Virus genome (UHGV): UHGV-0242051
From: a virus
Length of the DNA stretch: 20,023 nt
Strand: one strand, 5' to 3'
Part shown: piece after piece, positions 13,428 through 20,023 of the stretch
Layout of the letters: each line of letters starts with the position of its first letter
Position numbering within the stretch: the stretch's first letter is position 1
Position numbers and translations under genes: made by a program
The notes under the pieces: generated by a model
Told to the model about the DNA's origin: nothing
Database searches by the model: none
Seen by the model: the letters and a program-made list of their open reading frames with translations, nothing else

Positions 13428-13721
13428 ATGAAAAAAATGTTGTTTTCTGCCGCTCTGGCAATGCTTATTACAGGATGTGCTCAACAGACGTTTACTGTTG
13501 GAAACAAACCGACAGCAGTAACACCAAAGGAAACCATCACCCATCACTTCTTCGTTTCGGGAATTGGACAGGAGAAAACTGTTGATGCAGCCAAAATTTG
13601 TGGCGGCGCAGAAAATGTTGTTAAAACAGAAACCCAGCAAACATTCGTAAATGGATTGCTCGGTTTTATTACTTTAGGCATTTATACTCCGCTGGAAGCG
13701 CGTGTCTATTGCTCACAATAA
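13428..13721 (+). CDS. bor: Bor outer-membrane lipoprotein (serum-resistance moron)
   Basis: Track ORF 13380..13721 contains MKKMLFSAALAMLITGCAQQTFTV... with lipobox LITGC; 97 aa from Met17; opposite strand to late genes as in lambda. Confidence 0.95.
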   Translation: MKKMLFSAALAMLITGCAQQTFTVGNKPTAVTPKETITHHFFVSGIGQEKTVDAAKICGGAENVVKTETQQTFVNGLLGFITLGIYTPLEARVYCSQ

Positions 13722-13752
13722 TTGCATGAGTTGCCCATCGATATGGGCAGCT

Positions 13753-14214
13753 CTATCTGCACTGCTCATTAATATACTTCTGGGTTCCTTCCAGTTGTTT
13801 TTGCATCGTGATCAGCCTCTCTCTGAGGGTGAAATAATCCCGTTCAGCGGTGTCTGCCAGTCGGGGGGAGGCTGCATTATCCACGCCGGAGGCGGTGGTG
13901 GCTTCACGCACTGACTGACAGACTGCTTTGATGTGCAACCGACGACGACCAGCGGCAACATCATCACGCAGAGCATCATTTTCAGCTTTCGCATCAGCTA
14001 ACTCCTTCGTGTATTTTGCATCGAGCGCAGCAACATCACGCTGACGCATCTGTATGTCAGTAATTGCCGCGTTCGCCAGCGTCAGTTCTCTGGCATTTTT
14101 GTCGCGCTGGGCTTTGTAGGTAATCGCGTTATCGCGGTAATGATTAACAGCCCAAGACAGGCAGACGATGATGCAGATAACCAGAGCGGAGATAATCGCG
14201 GCAACTCTTCTCAC
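13753..14214 (-). CDS. Rz: Spanin, inner-membrane subunit Rz
   Basis: Track ORF 13753..14229; from the internal GTG the product is 153 aa (..[42 protein letters not shown]...), near-identical to remembered lambda Rz; start overlaps the R stop (GTGA). Alternative start at 14229 possible. Confidence 0.88.
   Translation of the reverse strand: MRRVAAIISALVICIIVCLSWAVNHYRDNAITYKAQRDKNARELTLANAAITDIQMRQRDVAALDAKYTKELADAKAENDALRDDVAAGRRRLHIKAVCQSVREATTASGVDNAASPRLADTAERDYFTLRERLITMQKQLEGTQKYINEQCR
13812..13994 (-). CDS. Rz1: Spanin, outer-membrane lipoprotein subunit Rz1 (embedded in +1 frame of Rz)
   Basis: 60-aa [63 protein letters not shown] with lipobox VVGC and proline-rich tail, nested inside Rz. 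Confidence 0.9.
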   Translation of the reverse strand: MRKLKMMLCVMMLPLVVVGCTSKQSVSQCVKPPPPPAWIMQPPPDWQTPLNGIISPSERG

Positions 14215-14744
14215 TGATCTATCCCCCAACAGGCTAATGCGCTTTCCTGGTCACGACGAATAACCTGTCCGTAGCAGTTATTTGAACGTGTGCGGCAATC
14301 ACGCCCACCGTCCTTAATCCACCAGCGAATCGACTCACAGGCACCTTTACGATCACCGGCATTAAGCCGCTTATAAAACGTCGACGGGAAACACTTACCG
14401 GGGCCAATGTTATAGGGGCAAAATGACGCGATACCTGCTTTTTGTGGCTCGGTCAGTGGAACTTTTATATTACGCTCCACCCATGCCAGCGCCTTATCCC
14501 GCTCAATGGCGTTAACCTGGGCGCATTTTTCCTTCGACAGTTTCATGCCCGGAATAACAGGTTTACCATCCACCACCGTGGCACCCCGGCAAATGGTCCA
14601 TATGCCGGAACCATCGCGGTATGCCTTTGTGTGGTTACCCTCTTTTTCGTCCAGAAACTGGTCAAGTATCTGAGGAGCAGACGCGCCTGCGGCAATCAGC
14701 GCCAGAACAGCAGCCGACAGGCCGTATCTGATTTTTACGTTCAT
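14211..14744 (-). CDS. R: Endolysin, T4-lysozyme-type (GH24) with N-terminal SAR/signal-like hydrophobic segment (phage 21 R21-type)
   Basis: 177 aa; N-terminal Gly/Ala-rich hydrophobic stretch ([18 protein letters not shown]) then E35-(8 aa)-D44-(5 aa)-T50 spacing of the T4 lysozyme catalytic triad ([23 protein letters not shown]). Not the lambda transglycosylase R. Confidence 0.88.
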   Translation of the reverse strand: MNVKIRYGLSAAVLALIAAGASAPQILDQFLDEKEGNHTKAYRDGSGIWTICRGATVVDGKPVIPGMKLSKEKCAQVNAIERDKALAWVERNIKVPLTEPQKAGIASFCPYNIGPGKCFPSTFYKRLNAGDRKGACESIRWWIKDGGRDCRTRSNNCYGQVIRRDQESALACWGIDQ

Positions 14745-14878
14745 GGATATTTATCAGGATTTATCGGTTTCTGAACCCTGGATATGTTAAGCATTCAGCC
14801 CGTCAGTGGTAGGACACTGGCGCTCTGGTTAAGGATTATGGGGGATGCTGGCTGAGCTACCCCATCTGAGGATTTGAT

Positions 14879-15118
14879 ATGCAAAAAGAAGTTTTTATCA
14901 ATATTACAGCTGACTGCTCATCTCCTGCATCAACAGCAAAAGAAATTGAAGCTCTTAAATATATGATTACAGTAATATTTTCCGTATTGGACCAGAATGA
15001 AAAAAATGGAATCATTCATCAATTAAATGAACATGTAAATAATCCATATATCAAAAGCAATCTGGAAATGCTGCTACCAATGAAAGATATTGGAAAACCA
15101 ACTGAAACAAAAGGCTAA
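14879..15118 (+). CDS. Hypothetical 79-aa protein, AT-rich moron ORF of unknown function
   Basis: Track ORF MQKEVFINITADCSSPASTAKEIEALKYMITVIFSVLDQNEKNGIIHQ...; GAGGA Shine-Dalgarno about 7 nt upstream of ATG; markedly AT-rich codon usage versus flanking genes; opposite strand to the lysis genes; terminator-like hairpin downstream. No family recognised. Confidence 0.5.
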   Translation: MQKEVFINITADCSSPASTAKEIEALKYMITVIFSVLDQNEKNGIIHQLNEHVNNPYIKSNLEMLLPMKDIGKPTETKG

Positions 15119-15429
15119 CAACCAGTAATCGAGTTATCTGAACTGTTAATTTTTATGGTATACCGCGCCTCTGAACAGGGGCGCGTTTCTGGCAACAGCT
15201 CGTCCCCTTCACATAACCCGGCAGCAACATCCAGGAAGACCTGTCTGATGCTCCTTCTGGCTGCAGCCTCATAAAACTCCAGCGCGGCACCTTCAACACG
15301 GTCCAGCGAGATGTCCAGGTCAAAAATTTCACCGTCAAAGCGTTTTTTGTCCCGTAACGCTAAAGTTACCGTAACTTTATTCTCAAAATTGCGGATCCCT
15401 TTCACAATCAGTTCATAGTTTTGAGTCAT
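15115..15429 (-). CDS. YdfR-like small protein of unknown function, encoded between holin and endolysin
   Basis: 104-aa track ORF MTQNYELIVKGIRNFENKVTVTLALRDKKRFDGEIFDLD...; position matches the ydfR slot of Qin-type lysis cassettes, from recall. The last ~16 codons are encoded by the AT-rich moron DNA, so the native C-terminus may have been replaced. Confidence 0.6.
   Translation of the reverse strand: MTQNYELIVKGIRNFENKVTVTLALRDKKRFDGEIFDLDISLDRVEGAALEFYEAAARRSIRQVFLDVAAGLCEGDELLPETRPCSEARYTIKINSSDNSITGC
15164..15190 (+). terminator. Possible intrinsic terminator for the 79-aa moron transcript
   Basis: cgcgcc-tctgaaca-ggcgcg stem-loop followed by tttct, about 45 nt after the moron stop. 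It lies inside the 3' coding end of the convergent YdfR-like ORF. Coordinates +/-2. Confidence 0.35.
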
Positions 15430-15433
15430 TGAA

Positions 15434-15649
15434 TTACTCTCCCCGTGCAGCCTTACGCTTATCTTCTTTAATCTTGAAATAAAGGTTTGTCAGGTACGTC
15501 AGCAGGCCAAATACCAGGCTACCCAGCACACCTATTGCCGCCCACTGTGAGGGCGTGACTTTATCGAGCAACTGTAAAAACCAGTACCCGGCACTACCTG
15601 CTGAGGTGCCATAGGCGACACCCGTTGTTAACTTATCCATGGATTTCAT
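15434..15649 (-). CDS. S: Class II holin, phage 21 S21-type pinholin (71-aa antiholin form; 68-aa holin from Met4 at 15640)
   Basis: [71 protein letters not shown]: dual-start motif M-K-S-M, two hydrophobic segments, charged C-terminus; closely resembles remembered S21. Confidence 0.9.
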
Positions 15650-15776
15650 AACCCCACCTCGCAGACAAAGCGGGTGTAAATTAAGGGGATACTACGTATC
15701 GCAATAAAGGCAGAAACGTAACAGATTCGGAGTCAGTGAATAACTCAGGTATTGGGTTATCAGCTAATATCGAGAC

Positions 15777-15810
15777 TCAAAAAATGGAAAAACCCGCTCG
15801 ACGGCGGGTT
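15777..15810 (-). terminator. Intrinsic terminator on the late-transcript strand, about 130 nt upstream of the holin gene
   Basis: Minus strand reads aaacccgc-cgtcga-gcgggttt followed by ttccatttttt. Coordinates +/-2. Confidence 0.5.
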
Positions 15811-16237
15811 TAAGCTGTGTGACGAAGTAACCACTCTTAACAGCATAACCAATTTTTTACGTACGTAAACTACTAAATGATATTTGTGAGAATGCCACCG
15901 AGTGTTCAAAACACCACCACAAATGCATAAGAAAACTTCAACAAATAACCAGTTAATAATTTCCGATGTTATTTTTAGTTTGTTTAAATTAAGCTAAAGA
16001 ATTATAGAGCACTTATAAATAAGTGCCATTAATATAAATTAGCTAATAGATTTATTTTTGTTCAGACAAGAGCCATGAATAGGATTAGATAGAAAAGGTT
16101 CAGATAAAAATAGAGATCTACTTCACAAATTAAATGAGAAACTAAAACTTACATCTTGAAATAATCACATTGATTAGATGAATATTTATCGCGCAGTGAC
16201 ATCATTTTTTAATAAAAGTTCAAAAAAAGGGCGTACA

Positions 16238-17320
16238 ATGAAAAAATTAACAGTGGCAATTTCTGCTGTAGCTGCATCAGTACTGATGGCGATGTCTGCT
16301 CAGGCAGCTGAAATTTATAATAAAGACAGTAACAAGCTGGATCTATACGGGAAAGTTAATGCCAAGCACTACTTCTCCTCTAATGATGCAGATGATGGTG
16401 ATACTACTTATGCCCGTCTTGGCTTCAAAGGTGAAACCCAAATCAACGATCAACTGACTGGTTTCGGTCAGTGGGAATATGAATTCAAAGGCAACCGTGC
16501 TGAATCTCAAGGTTCTTCCAAAGACAAAACCCGTCTTGCATTTGCAGGCCTGAAATTTGGTGATTACGGCTCAATCGATTACGGCCGTAACTACGGTGTA
16601 GCATACGACATCGGTGCGTGGACTGACGTTCTGCCAGAATTCGGTGGTGATACCTGGACCCAAACAGATGTGTTCATGACTGGTCGCACTACTGGTGTTG
16701 CAACTTATCGTAACAACGACTTCTTTGGTCTGGTCGATGGCCTGAACTTTGCTGCTCAGTATCAGGGTAAAAATGACCGCACTGACGTAACTGAAGCCAA
16801 TGGTGATGGTTTCGGTTTCTCCACTACTTATGAGTATGAAGGATTCGGCGTGGGTGCAACCTATGCTAAATCAGATCGCACTGACGGTCAGGTCGCCTAT
16901 GGTAAGAGCAAATTCAATGCCTCCGGCAAAAATGCGGAAGTATGGGCTGCAGGCCTGAAATATGATGCGAACAATATCTATCTGGCTACCACATATTCTG
17001 AAACTCAGAATATGACCGTTTTTGGTAATAACCATATTGCAAACAAAGCACAAAACTTTGAAGCAGTAGCACAATATCAGTTTGACTTCGGTCTGCGTCC
17101 ATCTGTTGCTTACCTTCAGTCAAAAGGTAAAGACCTTGGTGTTCATGGTGACCGAGACTTAGTCAAGTATGTCGATGTCGGTGCTACTTACTACTTTAAT
17201 AAAAACATGTCCACTTTTGTTGATTACAAAATCAACTTAATTGACGATAGTAAGTTTACCAAAACAGCTGGTATTGATACCGACGACATCGTCGCTGTAG
17301 GTCTGGTTTATCAGTTCTAA
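16238..17320 (+). CDS. nmpC: General porin of the OmpC/OmpF family (NmpC/Lc-type phage-borne porin), with signal peptide
   Basis: Track ORF 16178..17320; from Met21 [23 protein letters not shown]|[16 protein letters not shown]..., 360 aa ending VAVGLVYQF (C-terminal Phe beta-barrel signature); closely resembles remembered NmpC/OmpC. Same slot between Q and holin as in DLP12/PA-2. Confidence 0.95.
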   Translation: MKKLTVAISAVAASVLMAMSAQAAEIYNKDSNKLDLYGKVNAKHYFSSNDADDGDTTYARLGFKGETQINDQLTGFGQWEYEFKGNRAESQGSSKDKTRLAFAGLKFGDYGSIDYGRNYGVAYDIGAWTDVLPEFGGDTWTQTDVFMTGRTTGVATYRNNDFFGLVDGLNFAAQYQGKNDRTDVTEANGDGFGFSTTYEYEGFGVGATYAKSDRTDGQVAYGKSKFNASGKNAEVWAAGLKYDANNIYLATTYSETQNMTVFGNNHIANKAQNFEAVAQYQFDFGLRPSVAYLQSKGKDLGVHGDRDLVKYVDVGATYYFNKNMSTFVDYKINLIDDSKFTKTAGIDTDDIVAVGLVYQF

Positions 17321-17338
17321 TCTGACTTACGAAAAAGA

Positions 17339-17375
17339 TATGTTGCGGGAGGCTTTGCCTCCGCAACATATAAGT
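17339..17375 (-). terminator. Intrinsic terminator on the late-transcript strand downstream of Q (candidate tR')
   Basis: Minus strand: near-perfect 15-bp stem (atatgttgcggaggc / gcctcccgcaacatat, loop caaa) immediately followed by cttttt. Coordinates +/-2. Confidence 0.5.
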
Positions 17376-17457
17376 GGAGCCCTCAAGCCACTTCCTTTAG
17401 AAGCACTACCTTGCTTCTTACTATATAAACCTTCTGTTATATATTACCCTTTATTTT

Positions 17458-17482
17458 GGGGGCGTTTCCACGCCCCATTTTT
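17458..17482 (+). terminator. Intrinsic terminator on plus strand (end of nmpC transcription unit, shielding Q from antisense read-through)
   Basis: gggggcg-tttcca-cgcccc followed by atttttaa on plus strand, about 27 nt past the Q stop. Coordinates +/-2. Confidence 0.5.
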
Positions 17483-17508
17483 AATAACTTTTAGTAAACA
17501 ATTGCATA

Positions 17509-17892
17509 TCAATTAGAATTATTAGCAACGATATCCATATCTAACCGGATATCTAATGCCATTAACATCCCTTCAATTATGCCCTCAGCCTTCTGTAACC
17601 TTTTCCCGATATAACCATCCGAGCAGCAATGCTTACTTGCCAGTGACATGAATGTCATACCACATACATAATAATCTACTAATAAATCGTGTAAATCGCT
17701 GTTGTTCTTTTTCAGACGGGCCATGCACCCGCAAATGATCATCGCGTCATCGTCACAACATTGCGGGCGAGATTTTACTTTTGAAGGAATTAATCCCTTA
17801 AAACCGGCGGCAATGGACGACCAGGTCACATCTTCATGATTATTAGCCGCCCACGCACCCCAACGCTCAAGAACCATCTGAATATCACGCAT
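17509..17892 (-). CDS. quuD: Late-gene antiterminator, Q family (QuuD/phage-82-type, not lambda Q)
   Basis: Track ORF 17509..17907 begins at a TTG; likely real start is the ATG at residue 6 ([24 protein letters not shown]...), giving 127 aa; cysteine-rich region [16 protein letters not shown] suggests zinc binding; position between rusA/ylcG and the lysis genes. Confidence 0.8.
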   Translation of the reverse strand: MRDIQMVLERWGAWAANNHEDVTWSSIAAGFKGLIPSKVKSRPQCCDDDAMIICGCMARLKKNNSDLHDLLVDYYVCGMTFMSLASKHCCSDGYIGKRLQKAEGIIEGMLMALDIRLDMDIVANNSN

Positions 17893-17977
17893 CAACTTAC
17901 TCCACAAAAATCAGACCAGAACGCCAATTACAAGCAAAAATCAACAAAACAGTATTAGTTGATTGTTATCTCTGACT

Positions 17978-18118
17978 TCATACTCCTGTTCCTGTCAGGG
18001 TTTTGGCGTAATTCTTCAGTATTCGGTAATCGGTCAAAACAGAACCGAGGAAACGATATAAGCGCAGACGCCCCCAGCGATGGCGAAGAAGTTCTGCCAT
18101 ATTAAACTCAAACATCAT
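17978..18118 (-). CDS. ylcG: Small ORF (about 46 aa) in the ylcG position between rusA and Q
   Basis: ATG overlapping the rusA stop (ATGA); hand translation [23 protein letters not shown]... Below the track's length cut-off. My hand copy of this stretch was inconsistent by one nucleotide, so end and C-terminal sequence are uncertain. Confidence 0.5.
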   Translation of the reverse strand: MMFEFNMAELLRHRWGRLRLYRFLGSVLTDYRILKNYAKTLTGTGV

Positions 18119-18477
18119 TCATTCCCCATTTCGGTGATGGTCAGTTCCAGCCTCCCACCTTTGGTAACAGGCATCTTCACAACGCGGTAATCAACGACCT
18201 GAGCATCATCCAGCCAGAAACCTGCTTTAGTGAGTGCGTCAAAAGCGGCTTTTTGCAGATTATCCAGGTCACGGCGACGGCGATCCGGCATGTGGCACTC
18301 AATGCGGATTTTCACAGGCATAGCCAGGCCGATATCCAGCATTGCGTTTTTAATGATTCGGGCGACGTTATCGCGGTATGCCTGCCCCTCTGCGCTGACG
18401 TGCGTGCGCCCGCGATTATGGCGGTAATAGCGATTATTGCTCGGAGGCCAGGGTAATGTGATGCTGTAGGTATTCAC
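18115..18477 (-). CDS. rusA: Holliday junction resolvase RusA
   Basis: 120-aa ORF (GTG start) [94 protein letters not shown]... matches remembered RusA. Confidence 0.95.
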   Translation of the reverse strand: MNTYSITLPWPPSNNRYYRHNRGRTHVSAEGQAYRDNVARIIKNAMLDIGLAMPVKIRIECHMPDRRRRDLDNLQKAAFDALTKAGFWLDDAQVVDYRVVKMPVTKGGRLELTITEMGNE

Positions 18478-18600
18478 GCCTTAATAACCCCCTCTTTCAG
18501 CCACATAACCTGTGTTCTCGCCATACCTTCCAGCGCGCATTCTTTTGCATATGCAGCATCGACTTGCTTGGCATGCCCTTTACCGGCAATCTTCTGTATG
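18474..18600 (-). pseudogene. 3' remnant of a ybcO-like gene (about 41 codons), N-terminal part missing
   Basis: Minus-strand frame reads ...[30 protein letters not shown] then TGA overlapping the rusA GTG, matching the remembered C-terminus of DLP12 YbcO; an in-frame TAG sits just upstream and the sequence above about 18600 is unrelated. Identification is from recall only. Confidence 0.5.
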
Positions 18601-18683
18601 CGCTAAACCTAGATAGAATCCACTCTGTGCACATTGAAGCCCGCTCTATGCTTTCTTTCAGGTATTGAAGGGATTGAGATGGG

Positions 18684-19031
18684 CTAAGCATTATTGGCCT
18701 CCTGCATCAGGAGAAAGACAATCATGGCGGCGCGGAGAGGTCTGGTATCAAATATTGGGCTTACGCCTTTTGCATCCACACACCATTCAGTTAACTGGTC
18801 TAAGATAGAAATCCTGTATTTCTCAATAATCGGCCATGAAGCGCTCGGATCATTGCAGTAGTCAGGCAAATGATTTAATGGCTCAAAAGTTGTATCAGCA
18901 TTTCCGTAATACCATTTGTTGGTGTTATTCCCTGATGTTTCCGGTTTACTTGCCCAAAGGCCTTTAAAAATTATGTCTCCTACCATTCTGTTAATTTCAA
19001 AATCACTTAACTGTGAATAATCCATTGTCAT
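18684..19031 (-). CDS. Hypothetical nin-region protein, about 115 aa
   Basis: Track ORF 18684..19067; likely start is the ATG overlapping the ninE stop (ATGA), giving [89 protein letters not shown]... No family recognised. Confidence 0.6.
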   Translation of the reverse strand: MTMDYSQLSDFEINRMVGDIIFKGLWASKPETSGNNTNKWYYGNADTTFEPLNHLPDYCNDPSASWPIIEKYRISILDQLTEWCVDAKGVSPIFDTRPLRAAMIVFLLMQEANNA

Positions 19032-19204
19032 TTCCTCGCACGATATCTTAGCCACCGGATATCCCACAGGTGGGCTGTGTAATTGAAGGTTTTTACGTCA
19101 GATTCTTTTGGGATTAGCTTGCGTTTATTTCTGGAGCGTTTCGTTGGAAGGTATTTGCAGTTTTCGCAGATTATGTCGGTGATGCTTCGTCGCTGTCGTC
19201 TCAT
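19028..19204 (-). CDS. ninE: NinE-like protein
   Basis: Track ORF 19028..19294; from the internal Met [58 protein letters not shown] (58 aa) resembles remembered NinE; start overlaps the methyltransferase stop. Confidence 0.8.
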   Translation of the reverse strand: MRRQRRSITDIICENCKYLPTKRSRNKRKLIPKESDVKTFNYTAHLWDIRWLRYRARK

Positions 19205-19728
19205 GCAGCCCTCCTGACGCCCTGCCCGATCGCCATCAATGCCGCTTTGGATACGGTAGTAAACATCCGTCGAGGACTGATGAACGGTCGCCAAATCAGC
19301 AGCATGGAGCCTTTGCTGTTTCCCTTCTTCTCCAGCCCTGTCGATGGTTCGATAAAATTAATCCGTCCATCAGTGATAATACGAACTTCGTCAACACTCT
19401 CCAGAGCCTTGCTGAACCATCCGACAGACATATCCTCTGGCACAAGCATCACTACCGTCTGTCGCTGTTGTATACACTGCTCAGCGGCTTTTTCCACCCA
19501 CGGCCTGATATTGCTGTACGGTGGGTTATTCCAGATTGCACCGTGGCTTACCCACTCAGAATTGAGCGCGTCGTCGTCCTCAGTTAGCCAGTGAGCGCAC
19601 AGAGCATTTTTGTCGCTCGCTGCCGAATCCAGCCAGAATCCAAACTCAATATCCAGTGCATCAAAAAGCCAAAGCGGCGTTTGCCAGCAGTCCTTGTCGT
19701 GTGCTGGCGTATTTGATTTGATAGTCAT
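19201..19728 (-). CDS. Phage Dam-type DNA N6-adenine methyltransferase
   Basis: Track ORF 19201..19788; likely start Met21 ([30 protein letters not shown]...) preceded by GGGGAGA about 9 nt upstream; catalytic motif IV NPPY ([10 protein letters not shown]); 175 aa. Confidence 0.85.
   Translation of the reverse strand: MTIKSNTPAHDKDCWQTPLWLFDALDIEFGFWLDSAASDKNALCAHWLTEDDDALNSEWVSHGAIWNNPPYSNIRPWVEKAAEQCIQQRQTVVMLVPEDMSVGWFSKALESVDEVRIITDGRINFIEPSTGLEKKGNSKGSMLLIWRPFISPRRMFTTVSKAALMAIGQGVRRAA
19373..19476. repeat. Arm 1 of a 104-bp inverted repeat (inside the methyltransferase gene, codons about 105-139)
   Basis: Exact reverse complement of 19817..19920 by hand comparison; inner end falls in TGTATACA. 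Confidence 0.85.
19618..19721. repeat. Copy 1 of a 104-bp (or longer) direct repeat (methyltransferase 5' coding segment)
   Basis: Identical to 19920..20023 by hand comparison (cgctgccgaatccagccagaatccaaactcaat...gtatttgatttga). Confidence 0.85.
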
Positions 19729-19816
19729 GCAGCCCGATCTCCCCATCGCGCTTTCCATTCGAGAGCCAGTCGCGCTTCGTCTGACCACTTAACGCCACGC
19801 TCTGTACCGAATGCCT

Positions 19817-19920
19817 TGTATACAACAGCGACAGACGGTAGTGATGCTTGTGCCAGAGGATATGTCTGTCGGATGGTTCAGCAAGGCTCTGGAGAGTGTT
19901 GACGAAGTTCGTATTATCAC
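19817..19920. repeat. Arm 2 of the 104-bp inverted repeat (inverted copy of the internal methyltransferase segment, upstream of the gene)
   Basis: Plus strand here encodes [35 protein letters not shown], identical to methyltransferase residues, and is the exact reverse complement of 19373..19476. Confidence 0.85.
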
Positions 19921-20023
19921 GCTGCCGAATCCAGCCAGAATCCAAACTCAATATCCAGTGCATCAAAAAGCCAAAGCGGCGTTTGCCAGCAGTCCTTGTC
20001 GTGTGCTGGCGTATTTGATTTGA
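19920..20023. repeat. Copy 2 of the direct repeat, abutting inverted-repeat arm 2 with 1-nt overlap and running to the window edge
   Basis: Identical to 19618..19721; true extent unknown because the window ends. Confidence 0.85.

Noticed and set aside
13407-13640. 77-aa minus-strand ORF antisense to bor
   Set aside because: Overlaps the well-supported bor lipoprotein gene on the opposite strand; AT-rich shadow ORF.
13722-13760. Hairpin gcccat-cgat-atgggc just after the bor stop as a bor terminator
   Set aside because: No U-tract follows, and it lies inside the Rz coding region, so it is not a convincing intrinsic terminator.
16178-16237. Upstream extension of the porin ORF ([20 protein letters not shown])
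   Set aside because: The canonical porin signal peptide begins at the downstream Met ([23 protein letters not shown]); the extension is AT-rich leader sequence.
18497-18691. 64-aa minus-strand track ORF between rusA and the 115-aa gene
   Set aside because: Out of frame with the ybcO-like remnant that occupies the same DNA and is the frame showing family resemblance; it overlaps the upstream gene's end and has no recognisable features.
19811-20023. 70-aa plus-strand ORF at the window end
   Set aside because: Its first 35 codons are an exact copy of internal methyltransferase codons and the rest is antisense of the duplicated 5' segment, so it is a by-product of the repeat structure. Kept as a finding but not called as a gene.

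Overview
The window is a lambdoid prophage late region lying in reverse orientation, so almost all genes are on the minus strand. Reading from high to low coordinates: a Dam-type N6-adenine methyltransferase, ninE, a 115-aa unknown ORF, a ybcO remnant, rusA, ylcG, a QuuD/Q-type antiterminator, a plus-strand NmpC/Lc-type porin moron, a phage-21-type lysis cassette (pinholin with dual start, YdfR-like ORF, SAR endolysin, Rz/Rz1), plus-strand bor, a cos site with cosN and cosB repeats, then the lambda-like packaging, head and tail genes Nu1, A, W, B, C/Nu3, D, E, FI, FII, Z, U, V, G/G-T and the 5' two-thirds of H, which runs off the window start. Assignments rest on my own reading of the six-frame translations against remembered lambda, phage 21 and DLP12/Qin proteins; no database search was run. 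I see no CRISPR array, tRNA, rRNA, integrase or att site, and no convincing multi-gene defence or other novel system. The observations most worth a second look are: (1) an exact 104-bp inverted copy plus an exact 104-bp direct copy of methyltransferase gene segments at the window's right edge; (2) an AT-rich 79-aa plus-strand moron with its own RBS and terminator inserted inside the lysis cassette; (3) mosaic joints in the nin region and at the R/Rz boundary; (4) two intrinsic terminators on the late-transcript strand flanking the porin moron. Coordinates for ORFs come from the supplied track, adjusted in-frame to the likely start; coordinates of non-ORF features are hand-counted and may be off by 1-2 nt.
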